Assembly: GCA_964588735.1 (NCBI GenBank)
Contig: CAZPQF010000002.1
Span: forward strand, 1 to 18,163
Direction: 5' to 3'
DNA from: Candidatus Woesearchaeota archaeon
GTDB taxonomy: Archaea; Nanobdellota; Nanobdellia; Pacearchaeales; GW2011-AR1
Length of the DNA: 18,163 nt
The position numbers were made by a program, and so were the translations under genes. The notes below the pieces were generated by a model that was not told where the DNA came from, did no database searches, and was given only the letters and a program-made list of their open reading frames with translations. Positions 1-8,062 of the stretch are shown one piece after another (position 1 is the stretch's first letter; every line of letters starts with the position of its first letter).

Positions 1-74
1 GTGGTTCTATCGTGAGTCATCGAAACGCTCCCGGTGGATTCACCATGAACAGAATGTATCGTCTAGAATTCTGA
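1..74 (+). other. Unassigned G+C-rich edge segment. It is either the 3' end of a truncated upstream CDS (frame 3, stop TGA 72-74) or part of a structured RNA/leader.
   Basis: I counted 34/74 G+C (46%), against roughly 25-30% for the rest of the window. Frame 3 is open from the window edge to TGA 72-74 (...GSIVSHRNAPGGFTMNRMYRLEF*). That stop lies 8 nt before the ATG at 83, which fits the tight spacing used elsewhere. Frame 2 is also open and runs in-frame into ORF 83..910. Local hairpins are GGTG/CACC (33-36/41-44) and CAGAAT/ATTCTG (50-55/68-73). Confidence 0.25.
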
Positions 75-82
75 GAAAAGGT

Positions 83-910
83 ATGAAAAATGATGAATTA
101 GAAAAAAATACTGTCTCTATTGAAAAAATGTGCGAAGATTTAGCAAATTCCAAAATAGTTTTATTTTCAGATATTGAGTTTTCCTCCAAACAAAAAGAAC
201 ATTATTATGCGTTGTTAAATGAAATGAAAAAACATAATGAAAATATTATTTTTGGAAATGAATTGTTTTTTACTAATCAAAATAAAGAGATCAAAGAATA
301 TATAAAAGGAAAATTAACTGAAAAAGAGTTTTATGATGAAATTGGATATACTTATTTAATAGATATCTATGATGAATTTGGATATAAAGATTTGATGAAA
401 TTTTTAAAAAAAGAGAAAATAAAAACTATAGGAATTAACAAACCGCTGCATCCTAAAATTGATGAATTAATGAAAAAAATGGCCAAACTAGGTAAAGAAC
501 CCCCTTATGAAATTCCAGAAGGATTAACAGACGAAGAAATATATAATTCTGGATTTGATTTTTATAGACGAGATAAACTTGTTTCTAAAATTGCTGGAGA
601 GATGGTTAAAGATTCAGATAATTGTTTTGTAATTATGATTGGAGCTTCTCATTGTTATGAGGAGCATCTTCCTAAAATGATTAAACAAGAAACAGGAATA
701 AATCCTAGAGTAGTTGAATGGGGATTGTCAGGAATAAATATTAATGATAAGGGCAAAATCAGAGTAGATAATAGCTTTTATGAAACATTTAAAAAATACT
801 GGAAATTAAATGAGGATAATGCACTTAGAATGGGAGATGATTATTTTATTAATTTTAAATTTAAACAAAAAAACGCAGATGAATATGTAAAAACATTAAA
901 TAGCGAATAA
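83..910 (+). CDS. ChaN/Tiki-superfamily (DUF399 / haem-binding-uptake-like) protein, divergent
   Basis: 275-aa ORF with an AAAGG 5 nt upstream of the ATG. The layout follows the ChaN-type pattern. It has an N-terminal 'vvllGE.H..hH' position (here IVLFSDIEFSSKQKEHY), a 'lglEmf' position (IIFGNELFF), 'Y.pll.far...i.a.N.P' (YKDLMKFLKKEKIKTIGINKP), and a late 'RD..m...i....vvv..GagH' (RRDKLVSKIAGEMVKDSDNCFVIMIGASH). No signal peptide follows Met83. Coding is near certain; the family call is moderate. Confidence 0.5.
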   Translation: MKNDELEKNTVSIEKMCEDLANSKIVLFSDIEFSSKQKEHYYALLNEMKKHNENIIFGNELFFTNQNKEIKEYIKGKLTEKEFYDEIGYTYLIDIYDEFGYKDLMKFLKKEKIKTIGINKPLHPKIDELMKKMAKLGKEPPYEIPEGLTDEEIYNSGFDFYRRDKLVSKIAGEMVKDSDNCFVIMIGASHCYEEHLPKMIKQETGINPRVVEWGLSGININDKGKIRVDNSFYETFKKYWKLNEDNALRMGDDYFINFKFKQKNADEYVKTLNSE

Positions 911-961
911 TATTTCTAAAAATTAGCAAAACTTTATATAATCTTAAAGATTTATTTTATT

Positions 962-1354
962 ATGGGTTTTAAAAATTTAGAAAAGAGAGTGAAAAAATTT
1001 GTTATAGGAACTGCATTAACTGGAACAATAATTGGTTATTCTGGATTATCTTATGCTGATACAATTTATTATGGTAAATTAGAGCAGGAAAAAAAACAAA
1101 ACATTGCTTATGTAGAATGGGATGAGATAAAGAAAGCAAGCAAATATCATAAACAACTCGAAAAATTAAATAAAAATGATCCAAAATACATGATTATTCA
1201 AAATAAAAGAAATGAAGAAGTTATGAATACTATAAAAAAAATAGCAAAAGAAAAAAATTATGATGTTGTTATAGAAAAAGATGACCCTAAAATTGAAGGT
1301 TATAAAAATATTAATAAGGAAATTAAAAAAGAAATATGTAGAATAGAAGAATAA
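962..1354 (+). CDS. Small secreted OmpH/Skp-like periplasmic protein
   Basis: 130 aa. The N-terminal signal peptide is KKFVIGTALTGTIIGYSGLSYA|D. The start of the mature part, NIAYVEWDEIKKASKYHKQLEKL, and the C-terminal IKKIAKEKNYDVVIEKDD...GYKNINKEIKKEI follow the OmpH pattern (kiavvd...; v..va.e.gydlVl......DiT..vi). It is shorter than typical Skp. Confidence 0.45.
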   Translation: MGFKNLEKRVKKFVIGTALTGTIIGYSGLSYADTIYYGKLEQEKKQNIAYVEWDEIKKASKYHKQLEKLNKNDPKYMIIQNKRNEEVMNTIKKIAKEKNYDVVIEKDDPKIEGYKNINKEIKKEICRIEE

Positions 1355-2644
1355 TTATTTTGGAACTCTCCCAGTTAAATCTTCTCTTGAAATACTTCTT
1401 GCTTCCATTAAATAAATTAAATGGCTTCGATTATTTTCATAAGATTTTGATGTAACTAATTCTTTTAGCACAGGTATTTTATTTAAAAGAGGAATTCCTC
1501 TTTCAACTTCTTTATATCTAGAAAAAGTTGAACCTAATGCAATATATGTTTCCCCATTTTGAAAAGTATATTCTGAACTTAAATTAGCTGTTCTAAAGGT
1601 CGGTCTTTGCTCTTTTCCTGCATAACCTGTCTGTTCTCCTGATTCTGCTTTTTCTATTTTAAGAGTAATATATCCTTCTTCATTTTTATATGGGGTTAGA
1701 TTAAGCTGAATTCCAGTATCTCTGTATTTTAAAGTTTCTACTAATGTTCCTTCTTCAAATATTATTTCAGGATATGGAATAGAAGAAGTATTACTCATTT
1801 CAACTGTTTTTCCATTGTAACTTAACAAATCAATATTAGATAAAATCTCTGCATAACCTTTGCTATCTAAAAATTTAACTAAACTATCAAAATCATAATG
1901 TCCTTCTTTTATATGATATAAAGGATTTGCACCTAAACCATATTCTAATGCTCCTCCTTCTGAGCTACTTGGAAGATTTAAATCAAATATAATATTTTCT
2001 CTTTTTAACATTTTAATCATAGCATCTCTATTATAAGTATTATCTCCAAAAAATTCCAAAATTGCCATCTTTACTCTTATTTGCTCTGCAGGAGTATCAA
2101 ATTGATTTAATATAGAAGATAAATAACTAAAATCTCCAAAATTTTCTTTTTTACCAGAAAAAACCAATGTATTTTTCTGTGGAAACTCATTTATTTTTAT
2201 ATCAGAATCTGATAAGTAAGGTTCAATTATTTTTTTCAAATCAGAAGGTGGAACTCTGCTCTTATAATTTAAAATTATTTCATCATTGGGTTTTTCAATA
2301 TAAGAAGCGTTAATCAATGGAATTTTGTGTCTTGTTTGGGGTTCTACGTTTATTATTTTTTCTAATGCTTTTTTGGGTCTTGAATTATCTTTGGAATATA
2401 CTCTGTCATTTATTACAACTAAATTATTTTTTGCATCATAATTATTATAATCAACTTCAAGATGAGGAATTTCTCTAATACTCTGTTTATTTTTCTGACT
2501 ATTTGTTCTAAATATTTCTTGGTAAGGATTTAAAATTGGCTCCTTAGATTCTTTAAATTCATGTTTTAAACTCTCACACGAAATATTTCCTAATGCTAAA
2601 CTGCCAAATAATAAATATCCCAATAATCTTTTCCCTGAACCCAT
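1355..2644 (-). CDS. Secretin-family outer-membrane protein (GspD/PilQ-type C-domain) with a lipoprotein-like signal peptide
   Basis: 429 aa. The C-terminal block GETYIALGSTFSRYKEVERGIPLLNKIPVLKELVTSKSYENNRSHLIYLMEARSI matches the secretin signature (vP.L..iP.lG.LF...eLli.i.p.i). The N-terminus MGSGKRLLGYLLFGSLALGNISC is a signal peptide ending in a lipobox-like Cys. Confidence 0.75.
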   Translation of the reverse strand: MGSGKRLLGYLLFGSLALGNISCESLKHEFKESKEPILNPYQEIFRTNSQKNKQSIREIPHLEVDYNNYDAKNNLVVINDRVYSKDNSRPKKALEKIINVEPQTRHKIPLINASYIEKPNDEIILNYKSRVPPSDLKKIIEPYLSDSDIKINEFPQKNTLVFSGKKENFGDFSYLSSILNQFDTPAEQIRVKMAILEFFGDNTYNRDAMIKMLKRENIIFDLNLPSSSEGGALEYGLGANPLYHIKEGHYDFDSLVKFLDSKGYAEILSNIDLLSYNGKTVEMSNTSSIPYPEIIFEEGTLVETLKYRDTGIQLNLTPYKNEEGYITLKIEKAESGEQTGYAGKEQRPTFRTANLSSEYTFQNGETYIALGSTFSRYKEVERGIPLLNKIPVLKELVTSKSYENNRSHLIYLMEARSISREDLTGRVPK

Positions 2645-2756
2645 ATCTTTAAACAGATATATTCAATTTTTAAGTATTATTATAGAGTAGTATATATTTT
2701 TATATATAAATATTTAAAAAATAATTAGAGATAATAAATATACTAAAAATTGAAAA
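2645..2756. promoter_or_regulatory. Divergent promoter region between the secretin (-) and enolase-superfamily (+) genes
   Basis: This is the only non-coding DNA between two divergently oriented genes. It is >85% A+T with several -10-like hexamers (for example TATACT about 17 nt before ATG 2757, and GATAAT). No transcription start site can be placed from sequence alone. Confidence 0.35.
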
Positions 2757-3929
2757 ATGAAAATAAGGGAAATTGATATTTATCATACAAAAATTCCATT
2801 TAAAAGAGAATTTAGACATGCAGAATCAAAGAGGAGTAAAAGTGGAAATCTTATAGTAAAGACTACTTTAAATGATGGAACAACTGGATTTGGGGAATCT
2901 GTCCCACGAGATTATGTAACAGGAGAAACCTTAGAAAATTCTAAAAATACCCTTGTGGAGGATTATATCCCTATTGTATCAAATGTTAATTTTAGCAGTT
3001 TTGAGGATTGTGTTTATTTTATGAAGAATGTTGGGGAAATAAGAAATAACCAGATTGTTTATAACTCTGCAAAATGTTCCTTAGAATTATCTGTTTTGGA
3101 TGCTTTTGGAAAATATTTTGAAAAAAGTTTAAGTGATATCGGAAGAATTCTTAAAATTGAAGAACAGAGCAAATCAGAAAAACAAATGAGATATTCTTAT
3201 GTATATTCTTTAGGAAAAAAGATTTCTTGGCAGAAATTAAATCATCCAAGAGAATTATACTGGTTTGGATTTAGAGACTTTAAATTTAAATTAGACTCTG
3301 ATTTAGACTATACTCAAATAGATAAAGTGTTAGAAGTTTTAAAATCAAAAATAAACTCAGGAGATGTTACTTTAAGAGTTGATGCTAATTGCAGTCTTAA
3401 TTTAGGTAATGCGCCTAATGTTGTTAAAGATTTAAAGAGAAGAAAAGTTTATTCATTAGAACAGCCATTTAAAAAAGGGGAAGAAGATAATATTCCGCTC
3501 ATAATGGGGGATATTCCAATCATGCTTGATGAATCCTTATGCACTTCAAGGGACGCAGAGAATATAATTAAAAATAATTATGGTGATTTATTTCATTTAA
3601 GAATTTCAAAAAATGGAGGATTAATCAATACTTTAAAAATTCAACAACTTGCTAAACAGAATAATATTAGTTATCAATTAGGGTGTATGGTCGGAGAAAC
3701 AGGGATTTTATCCGCAGCTCAAAGACATTTCTTAAATATTGTGCCAGATGTTCTTTTTTTAGAGGGGAGTTATGGGACCCATTTATTGAAAGAAGACGTA
3801 ACAAGACAAAATATGACTTTCGGTTTCGGCGCAAACCCAAAACCAATGAATGATTTTGGATTAGGAATAGATGTTGATGAGAATAAATTAAATAAATATT
3901 CTGAAAAAATAAAAAAAAATTATTTTTAA
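2757..3929 (+). CDS. Enolase-superfamily enzyme, muconate-lactonizing-enzyme (MLE) subgroup (dipeptide epimerase / N-acylamino-acid racemase / OSBS-like)
   Basis: 390 aa. The N-terminal capping domain is IDIYHTKIPFKREFRHA...GTTGFGESVP. The KxK motif is FKFKLD. Metal ligands sit in LRVDAN (Asp), SLEQPF (Glu) and MLDESL (Asp). The second catalytic Lys is in LRISKNGG, followed by GCMVGETG. Confidence 0.85.
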   Translation: MKIREIDIYHTKIPFKREFRHAESKRSKSGNLIVKTTLNDGTTGFGESVPRDYVTGETLENSKNTLVEDYIPIVSNVNFSSFEDCVYFMKNVGEIRNNQIVYNSAKCSLELSVLDAFGKYFEKSLSDIGRILKIEEQSKSEKQMRYSYVYSLGKKISWQKLNHPRELYWFGFRDFKFKLDSDLDYTQIDKVLEVLKSKINSGDVTLRVDANCSLNLGNAPNVVKDLKRRKVYSLEQPFKKGEEDNIPLIMGDIPIMLDESLCTSRDAENIIKNNYGDLFHLRISKNGGLINTLKIQQLAKQNNISYQLGCMVGETGILSAAQRHFLNIVPDVLFLEGSYGTHLLKEDVTRQNMTFGFGANPKPMNDFGLGIDVDENKLNKYSEKIKKNYF

Positions 3930-4394
3930 ATGAATTTAGAAAAATCAACATCAGAAAAAGCAGGATTCTTAGAAAAAACAGTTGATAGAGTAATTAAATC
4001 AAAATACAAAAGTTTCTTTAGAAATCCGCTAAGTTGGTTTGTAATTGGAACATATTTACCGGGGAAAAAACAAGAACAAATTGCAAATAGAGCTAATAAA
4101 AATAAATTAAAATATTCTGTTACAAGTTTGATTGGTTGTAATTTATTGAATATCGGAAAAATTACTTATGGCAATTATTTAATTATGAATATGGTTGAAT
4201 CTTCAAATGAATATATAAAAGTAGCAAAGGAAATTGGTGCTACTGGGTTATTTTTATGGGCCGGAATAGGATTGTTAGAAACAGGAGTTAGAACTTACCT
4301 TGTTGCTAAAAATAGAAAACCTATTGCCGGTTTACCAATAGAAGGTTCATATAACGGCGGATTAAGTATATTTAAAAAATTTAGAGATAATTAA
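3930..4394 (+). CDS. Small hypothetical membrane protein, translationally coupled to the enolase-superfamily gene
   Basis: 154 aa. The ATG follows the upstream TAA with zero spacing (TAAATG). Hydrophobic segments are VTSLIGCNLLNIGKITYGNYLIMNMV and IGATGLFLWAGIGLLETGV. I recognise no family. Confidence 0.6.
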   Translation: MNLEKSTSEKAGFLEKTVDRVIKSKYKSFFRNPLSWFVIGTYLPGKKQEQIANRANKNKLKYSVTSLIGCNLLNIGKITYGNYLIMNMVESSNEYIKVAKEIGATGLFLWAGIGLLETGVRTYLVAKNRKPIAGLPIEGSYNGGLSIFKKFRDN

Positions 4395-5239
4395 TTAGAG
4401 AATATAAACTTAACAATATCCTCTATTAGCTGATCTTTATAAAATCCAAAAAATATTGTATGCTCTGATTTGGGATATTCAATTAATTCCGGTTTTTTTC
4501 CGAATTTTTTTAAGGTTTTTTTCGTTTTTTTATTATTCACAATCTGATCGTTTCCTGCTAAACATACAAGAGAAGGGGTTGTTATTTTTCTTAAATTTCT
4601 TGAAATATAAAAATCTAATAATTTTGACTGAAAAAAATCCATAGTTGCCGGAGCATGGTTTCTCAAATTATCAATTTTTAGAAATTTGAGATATTCTCCA
4701 CTAGAAGTGAACATTTCATCATTTTTTATTGGACTTGGAATTCTTTTATTTTTTTTAAATAAAACAGATTTGGCTATCATCATTTTTTCTTTAAAAGAAG
4801 GATTAATTTTCATATTAAATCCAGGGGATAAATATATTAAAGAATCAATTTTATTTGGATTTTGTATTGTATATGCACTTGCAATTTTTGCTCCAAAACA
4901 CAGGGAAGTTAAATTTATCTTTAAATCTGGATTTTTTAATTTTATCTCTTTAATTAAATCATCAATATCATCTATCCAAGTCTGATAATCTTTTGCGGAC
5001 TTATCCATATTTAATCCACTGCCTCTTCTGTCTAAGCCATAAATCGCGATGTTTTCTTTTGCTAATTTACCAGAAGTTTCTTTAAACCAGCCAAAATGAC
5101 TTTCTAAACCATTTAAGTATATCAAAGAATTTTTGAAATTGCCTTTTTTATCTATGATATACTTTAAAGTTTGATTACCTCTTGTTTTAAAATTAGAAAT
5201 CCTTATTGACATTTTAATTATATGGGTGATAGGTATCAA
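4391..5239 (-). CDS. Alpha/beta hydrolase (lysophospholipase/monoacylglycerol-lipase-like fold) with Cys at the nucleophile position
   Basis: 282 aa. IYLNGLESHFGWF...YGLDRRGSGLN is the hydrolase_4-type N-terminus. The nucleophile elbow reads S-L-C-F-G (Cys114, codon 4898-4900) where G-x-S-x-G is expected. The acid is in LAGNDQIV and the His in KSEHTIFF. The start is ambiguous. ATG 5239 overlaps the upstream gene by 26 nt. ATG 5212 (MSIRIS...) gives a TAA-A-ATG junction. Confidence 0.8.
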   Translation of the reverse strand: MIPITHIIKMSIRISNFKTRGNQTLKYIIDKKGNFKNSLIYLNGLESHFGWFKETSGKLAKENIAIYGLDRRGSGLNMDKSAKDYQTWIDDIDDLIKEIKLKNPDLKINLTSLCFGAKIASAYTIQNPNKIDSLIYLSPGFNMKINPSFKEKMMIAKSVLFKKNKRIPSPIKNDEMFTSSGEYLKFLKIDNLRNHAPATMDFFQSKLLDFYISRNLRKITTPSLVCLAGNDQIVNNKKTKKTLKKFGKKPELIEYPKSEHTIFFGFYKDQLIEDIVKFIFSN

Positions 5240-6215
5240 TCCATTTTTTTGTTTTTTTTAATCCCTCATCAATATTAATTGCTGGTTTATAACCTAAATG
5301 CTCTCTAGTTTTTGATATATCAAAATCTAAGTTTAAACTCATAAATTTTAATCTGGTTTTTGTTAATAAAGGAGGTTCTTTTTTTCCTCTTATTTTTGCT
5401 ATTTTTTCGAGCATATTTGCTGCTATTTTTGCGACAGGGATTGGAATGTGTTTTGTGGGTTTTTCAAAACCCCAGATGTCACATATTTTATATACAAAAG
5501 TTTCAATATCAAGATTATTATCATCTGTTACATTATATATCTCTCCAACTGCCCTGTCTGTTTGACTGGCGAGATAAACAGCATCTGCAAGATTTCCTGC
5601 GTAAACTAAATCCATTTTATTTTTTCCATTACCAATAAACATAAATTTTCCCTTTTCTAAATTTTCCAGCATTCTCTTCATTAATCTTCTATCTCTTTCA
5701 CCATAAACAAAACCAGGCCTCATAATCGTAAAAGGAAGATTATTTTTTTCAGAAAAACATCTTACTAATTTCTCTGATTCTATTTTGGTATCAATATAAT
5801 TATCATTAGCTTTTTGATATCCTATATCTGTTCTTGTTTTATTATGATTTCTTAGGCCCGCAACTCCTAAACTGCTTATAAAAATAAATCTTTGTATTTT
5901 ATTTTCTAAAGAACCTTTAAGTAAATTTTGAGTTCCTTTTATATTTGTATCATATGCTTGTTTCTTTTTTATCCATTCTCCTGTAGAAGCAGCAGAATGA
6001 ATAACTCTATCAGAATTTTCAATTGCGGATTTTATAGAATCGTATTTGGTTATGTCGCCATAATAAATCTCTGCTCCTAAATCTTCTAGGAATTTTATAT
6101 CGTTGTCTTTGCTTGATTTTCTTGCTAATGCTATAACCTCTTCTCCTTCATTTAAAAATCTCTCAGCTATGTGACTCCCTACAAATCCTGTAGCACCTGT
6201 TATTAAATTTTTCAT
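5214..6215 (-). CDS. NAD(P)-dependent epimerase/dehydratase (extended SDR, 3-beta-HSD / dihydroflavonol-reductase-like)
   Basis: 333 aa. The Rossmann motif is ITGATGFVGSHIAERF and the catalytic YxxxK is YIDTK. Its ATG overlaps the upstream TGA stop as ATGA (6212-6215). Confidence 0.85.
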   Translation of the reverse strand: MKNLITGATGFVGSHIAERFLNEGEEVIALARKSSKDNDIKFLEDLGAEIYYGDITKYDSIKSAIENSDRVIHSAASTGEWIKKKQAYDTNIKGTQNLLKGSLENKIQRFIFISSLGVAGLRNHNKTRTDIGYQKANDNYIDTKIESEKLVRCFSEKNNLPFTIMRPGFVYGERDRRLMKRMLENLEKGKFMFIGNGKNKMDLVYAGNLADAVYLASQTDRAVGEIYNVTDDNNLDIETFVYKICDIWGFEKPTKHIPIPVAKIAANMLEKIAKIRGKKEPPLLTKTRLKFMSLNLDFDISKTREHLGYKPAINIDEGLKKTKKWIDTYHPYN

Positions 6216-7045
6216 TTTGATTGCCCATTAATTCTTTCAATGTTTATACTCATTTTTTCATCATATTCTCTCGTATCGATTCCCTGCTCTTGTGCTTTTT
6301 CTTTTAAATCCGCATAGATATCTCTCGTTGAGTTTTTTAATCCTTCCAAAAATTCCTTTTTGCTTTCACTTAACTCTGTGTTTTTTAATCTTTTCTCAAG
6401 GAGATGATAAAACCCGGTCATTTCTTTTAAATTTTCTCTCAATCCTGCATATACTGTGACTATCTCATTTAATGTTTTTCTTTTTGGTATTGAATATTCT
6501 GTTATTTGTTTTTTAGGGTGTCCGACTGCTACTATAAAAACTGGGTCATAATTATTAGAGATATTTAAAATTTTTTTTATTTTTCTTTTTCCTGTAAAAA
6601 GACTTAATGCTCTGGCTGTGCAACAACTTCCTAATTCAAGTTCAGTCGCCTTTAACATTAAATTTTGAGTAGCAAAACAAGTAGATTCTCTTGCATAAGG
6701 AATATTTTTCTCATATATTGGAACAATCAAAGTTGCTTTTTCTAAAAATTCTGTGTTTTGATCATAAATTTGAGCGTTAGTTAAATGTAATTTTTTAAGA
6801 AGCATCAATGTTTTAGTTGAATTATCATAAACCTGCCTTATTTGTCTCTTCTTTATTTCATCACATACTGCGAGGAATTTCCAAGGCTGGGTGTTTAAAG
6901 CAGAAGGAGCCATTGAAGCTGCTTGTATAATTTTTTCTAGAGTTTTATAGTCAATTGGCTGATCTTCAAACTCTCTTATACTTCTTCTTTTTTGAATAAT
7001 GTCTGTTTTTTCTATTTGTTCTTGATTTTTATTCTTCATCTTCAT
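6212..7045 (-). CDS. Nitroreductase-family flavoenzyme with a ~75-aa C-terminal helical extension
   Basis: 277 aa. KRRSIREFEDQPIDYKTLEKIIQAASMAPSALNTQPWKFLAV is the canonical nitroreductase N-terminus, and the core ends near VAVGHPKK. An extra charged, helical-looking tail follows (LRENLKEMTGFYHLLEKRLKN...EYDEKMSINIERINGQSK). Confidence 0.85.
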   Translation of the reverse strand: MKMKNKNQEQIEKTDIIQKRRSIREFEDQPIDYKTLEKIIQAASMAPSALNTQPWKFLAVCDEIKKRQIRQVYDNSTKTLMLLKKLHLTNAQIYDQNTEFLEKATLIVPIYEKNIPYARESTCFATQNLMLKATELELGSCCTARALSLFTGKRKIKKILNISNNYDPVFIVAVGHPKKQITEYSIPKRKTLNEIVTVYAGLRENLKEMTGFYHLLEKRLKNTELSESKKEFLEGLKNSTRDIYADLKEKAQEQGIDTREYDEKMSINIERINGQSK

Positions 7046-8062
7046 TTAAATTTGATTTTGATAGATTTTTAAGGAATTCTCAGGGTTTGGTTTTATTTCT
7101 CCTTGTTCTATTTTTTTAATTAGATTATAAATATTTTTATTTAAAGGACTTTCAATTCCATAGGCTCTTCCTAATTTAATTATTTGCCCATTAATATCAT
7201 CTATTTCAGTTGGATTTCCTTTTCTTATATCCTGCAACATAGAACTTTCTACAGCCCCAAATTTTTCAGCTGATTTTTTCAATCCTAAGGAAGCTATTTT
7301 TGGAAATTTAAAGGCAAAATTCATTAGCGCAGGAGAAGATTCAAATTTTCTGAGTTGTCCTGCCTTTTTCTTAACAATAGGATAACCTTCCCTATATAAA
7401 TCTATGAAAAGTTGTTTAGATCTTGAATCATCTATTATCTCTTTAAAAGAATATCCGGTTATGGCACTCACTGGATTTAAAGCAGAGTTTATTAATATTT
7501 TAGACCACATATATTCAGAGAGATTATCAGTTAATTTAGAATCTATTCCTCCTTTGTTTAACAGGTAATTCCAGAAATGTGAGTCAAAATCAATTTTTTT
7601 GTTTAATTTTCCTAAAATATATCCTCCTTTCACGGCATTATAAATAAAACCAGGTTCTTTGACCTGGCAAGCAAAACCAAATTCAATTCCTCTGGCAGCA
7701 TCATTAAATTCATCTAATTTTTCATCATAACCATTTTGTAAAATAAGAATTTTTTCTGCTCTACTTAAAAGTTCTAAGGTCTCATCATTAGAATATGATT
7801 TTGTAGAAAGAATTATATTTTCTAATTTTTTTGAAGAATTAATTATTTCTTGGGGGTATATTATATTTACATCAATAGATTGTGTCTCTTTTATTTTCTC
7901 ATTTCCTAAATCTTTTATCTTAAGTCTATTTTCTCTTATTGTTTCAACATGTTCTTTGTCATTGTCAATAAGAATTATATTTTGTTTTCCAAATCTCTTA
8001 GTCATATATCCACCTATTAATCCGCCAATTGCTCCTGCTCCTAAAATATATATGTTTTGCAT
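7046..8062 (-). CDS. 2-dehydropantoate 2-reductase family (PanE/ApbA-type 2-oxoacid reductase)
   Basis: 338 aa. It has IYILGAGAIGGLIGGYM (GxGxxG), MWSKILINSALNPVSAITG (active-site Lys region), and SSMLQDIRKGNPTEIDDINGQIIKLGRAYGIESPLNKNIYNLIK. The last block closely parallels the E. coli PanE block SMLQDI....TEID.I.G. It is the first gene of the minus-strand operon. Its TAA abuts the next ATG (TAAATG). Confidence 0.85.
   Translation of the reverse strand: MQNIYILGAGAIGGLIGGYMTKRFGKQNIILIDNDKEHVETIRENRLKIKDLGNEKIKETQSIDVNIIYPQEIINSSKKLENIILSTKSYSNDETLELLSRAEKILILQNGYDEKLDEFNDAARGIEFGFACQVKEPGFIYNAVKGGYILGKLNKKIDFDSHFWNYLLNKGGIDSKLTDNLSEYMWSKILINSALNPVSAITGYSFKEIIDDSRSKQLFIDLYREGYPIVKKKAGQLRKFESSPALMNFAFKFPKIASLGLKKSAEKFGAVESSMLQDIRKGNPTEIDDINGQIIKLGRAYGIESPLNKNIYNLIKKIEQGEIKPNPENSLKIYQNQI

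Noticed and set aside
47-66. The ACAGAA motif at 49-54 was considered as the conserved 3' P4 strand of RNase P RNA (ACAGAAnnnGGCTTA).
   Set aside because: The obligatory GGCTTA that follows in RNase P RNAs is absent (here TGTATCGTCT). No tRNA-like, tmRNA, SRP or rRNA terminal sequences were recognisable either.
3930-4394. I considered possible distant paralogy between the two small membrane proteins 3930-4394 and 12149-12530. They share F.(P)N.L ... S(L/I)IG..NL ... GSY spacing.
   Set aside because: The matches are short, in low-complexity A+T-biased proteins, and require gaps. This is not distinguishable from chance by eye.
6212-6214. Given the very low G+C, I considered an alternative genetic code (UGA as Trp or Gly, as in Mycoplasma, SR1 or Gracilibacteria).
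   Set aside because: All large ORFs are intact under the standard code, and TGG Trp codons are used. TGA functions as a stop at 6212-6214 in a classic ATGA overlap with the next gene. I found no case where reading through TGA would merge adjacent ORFs.
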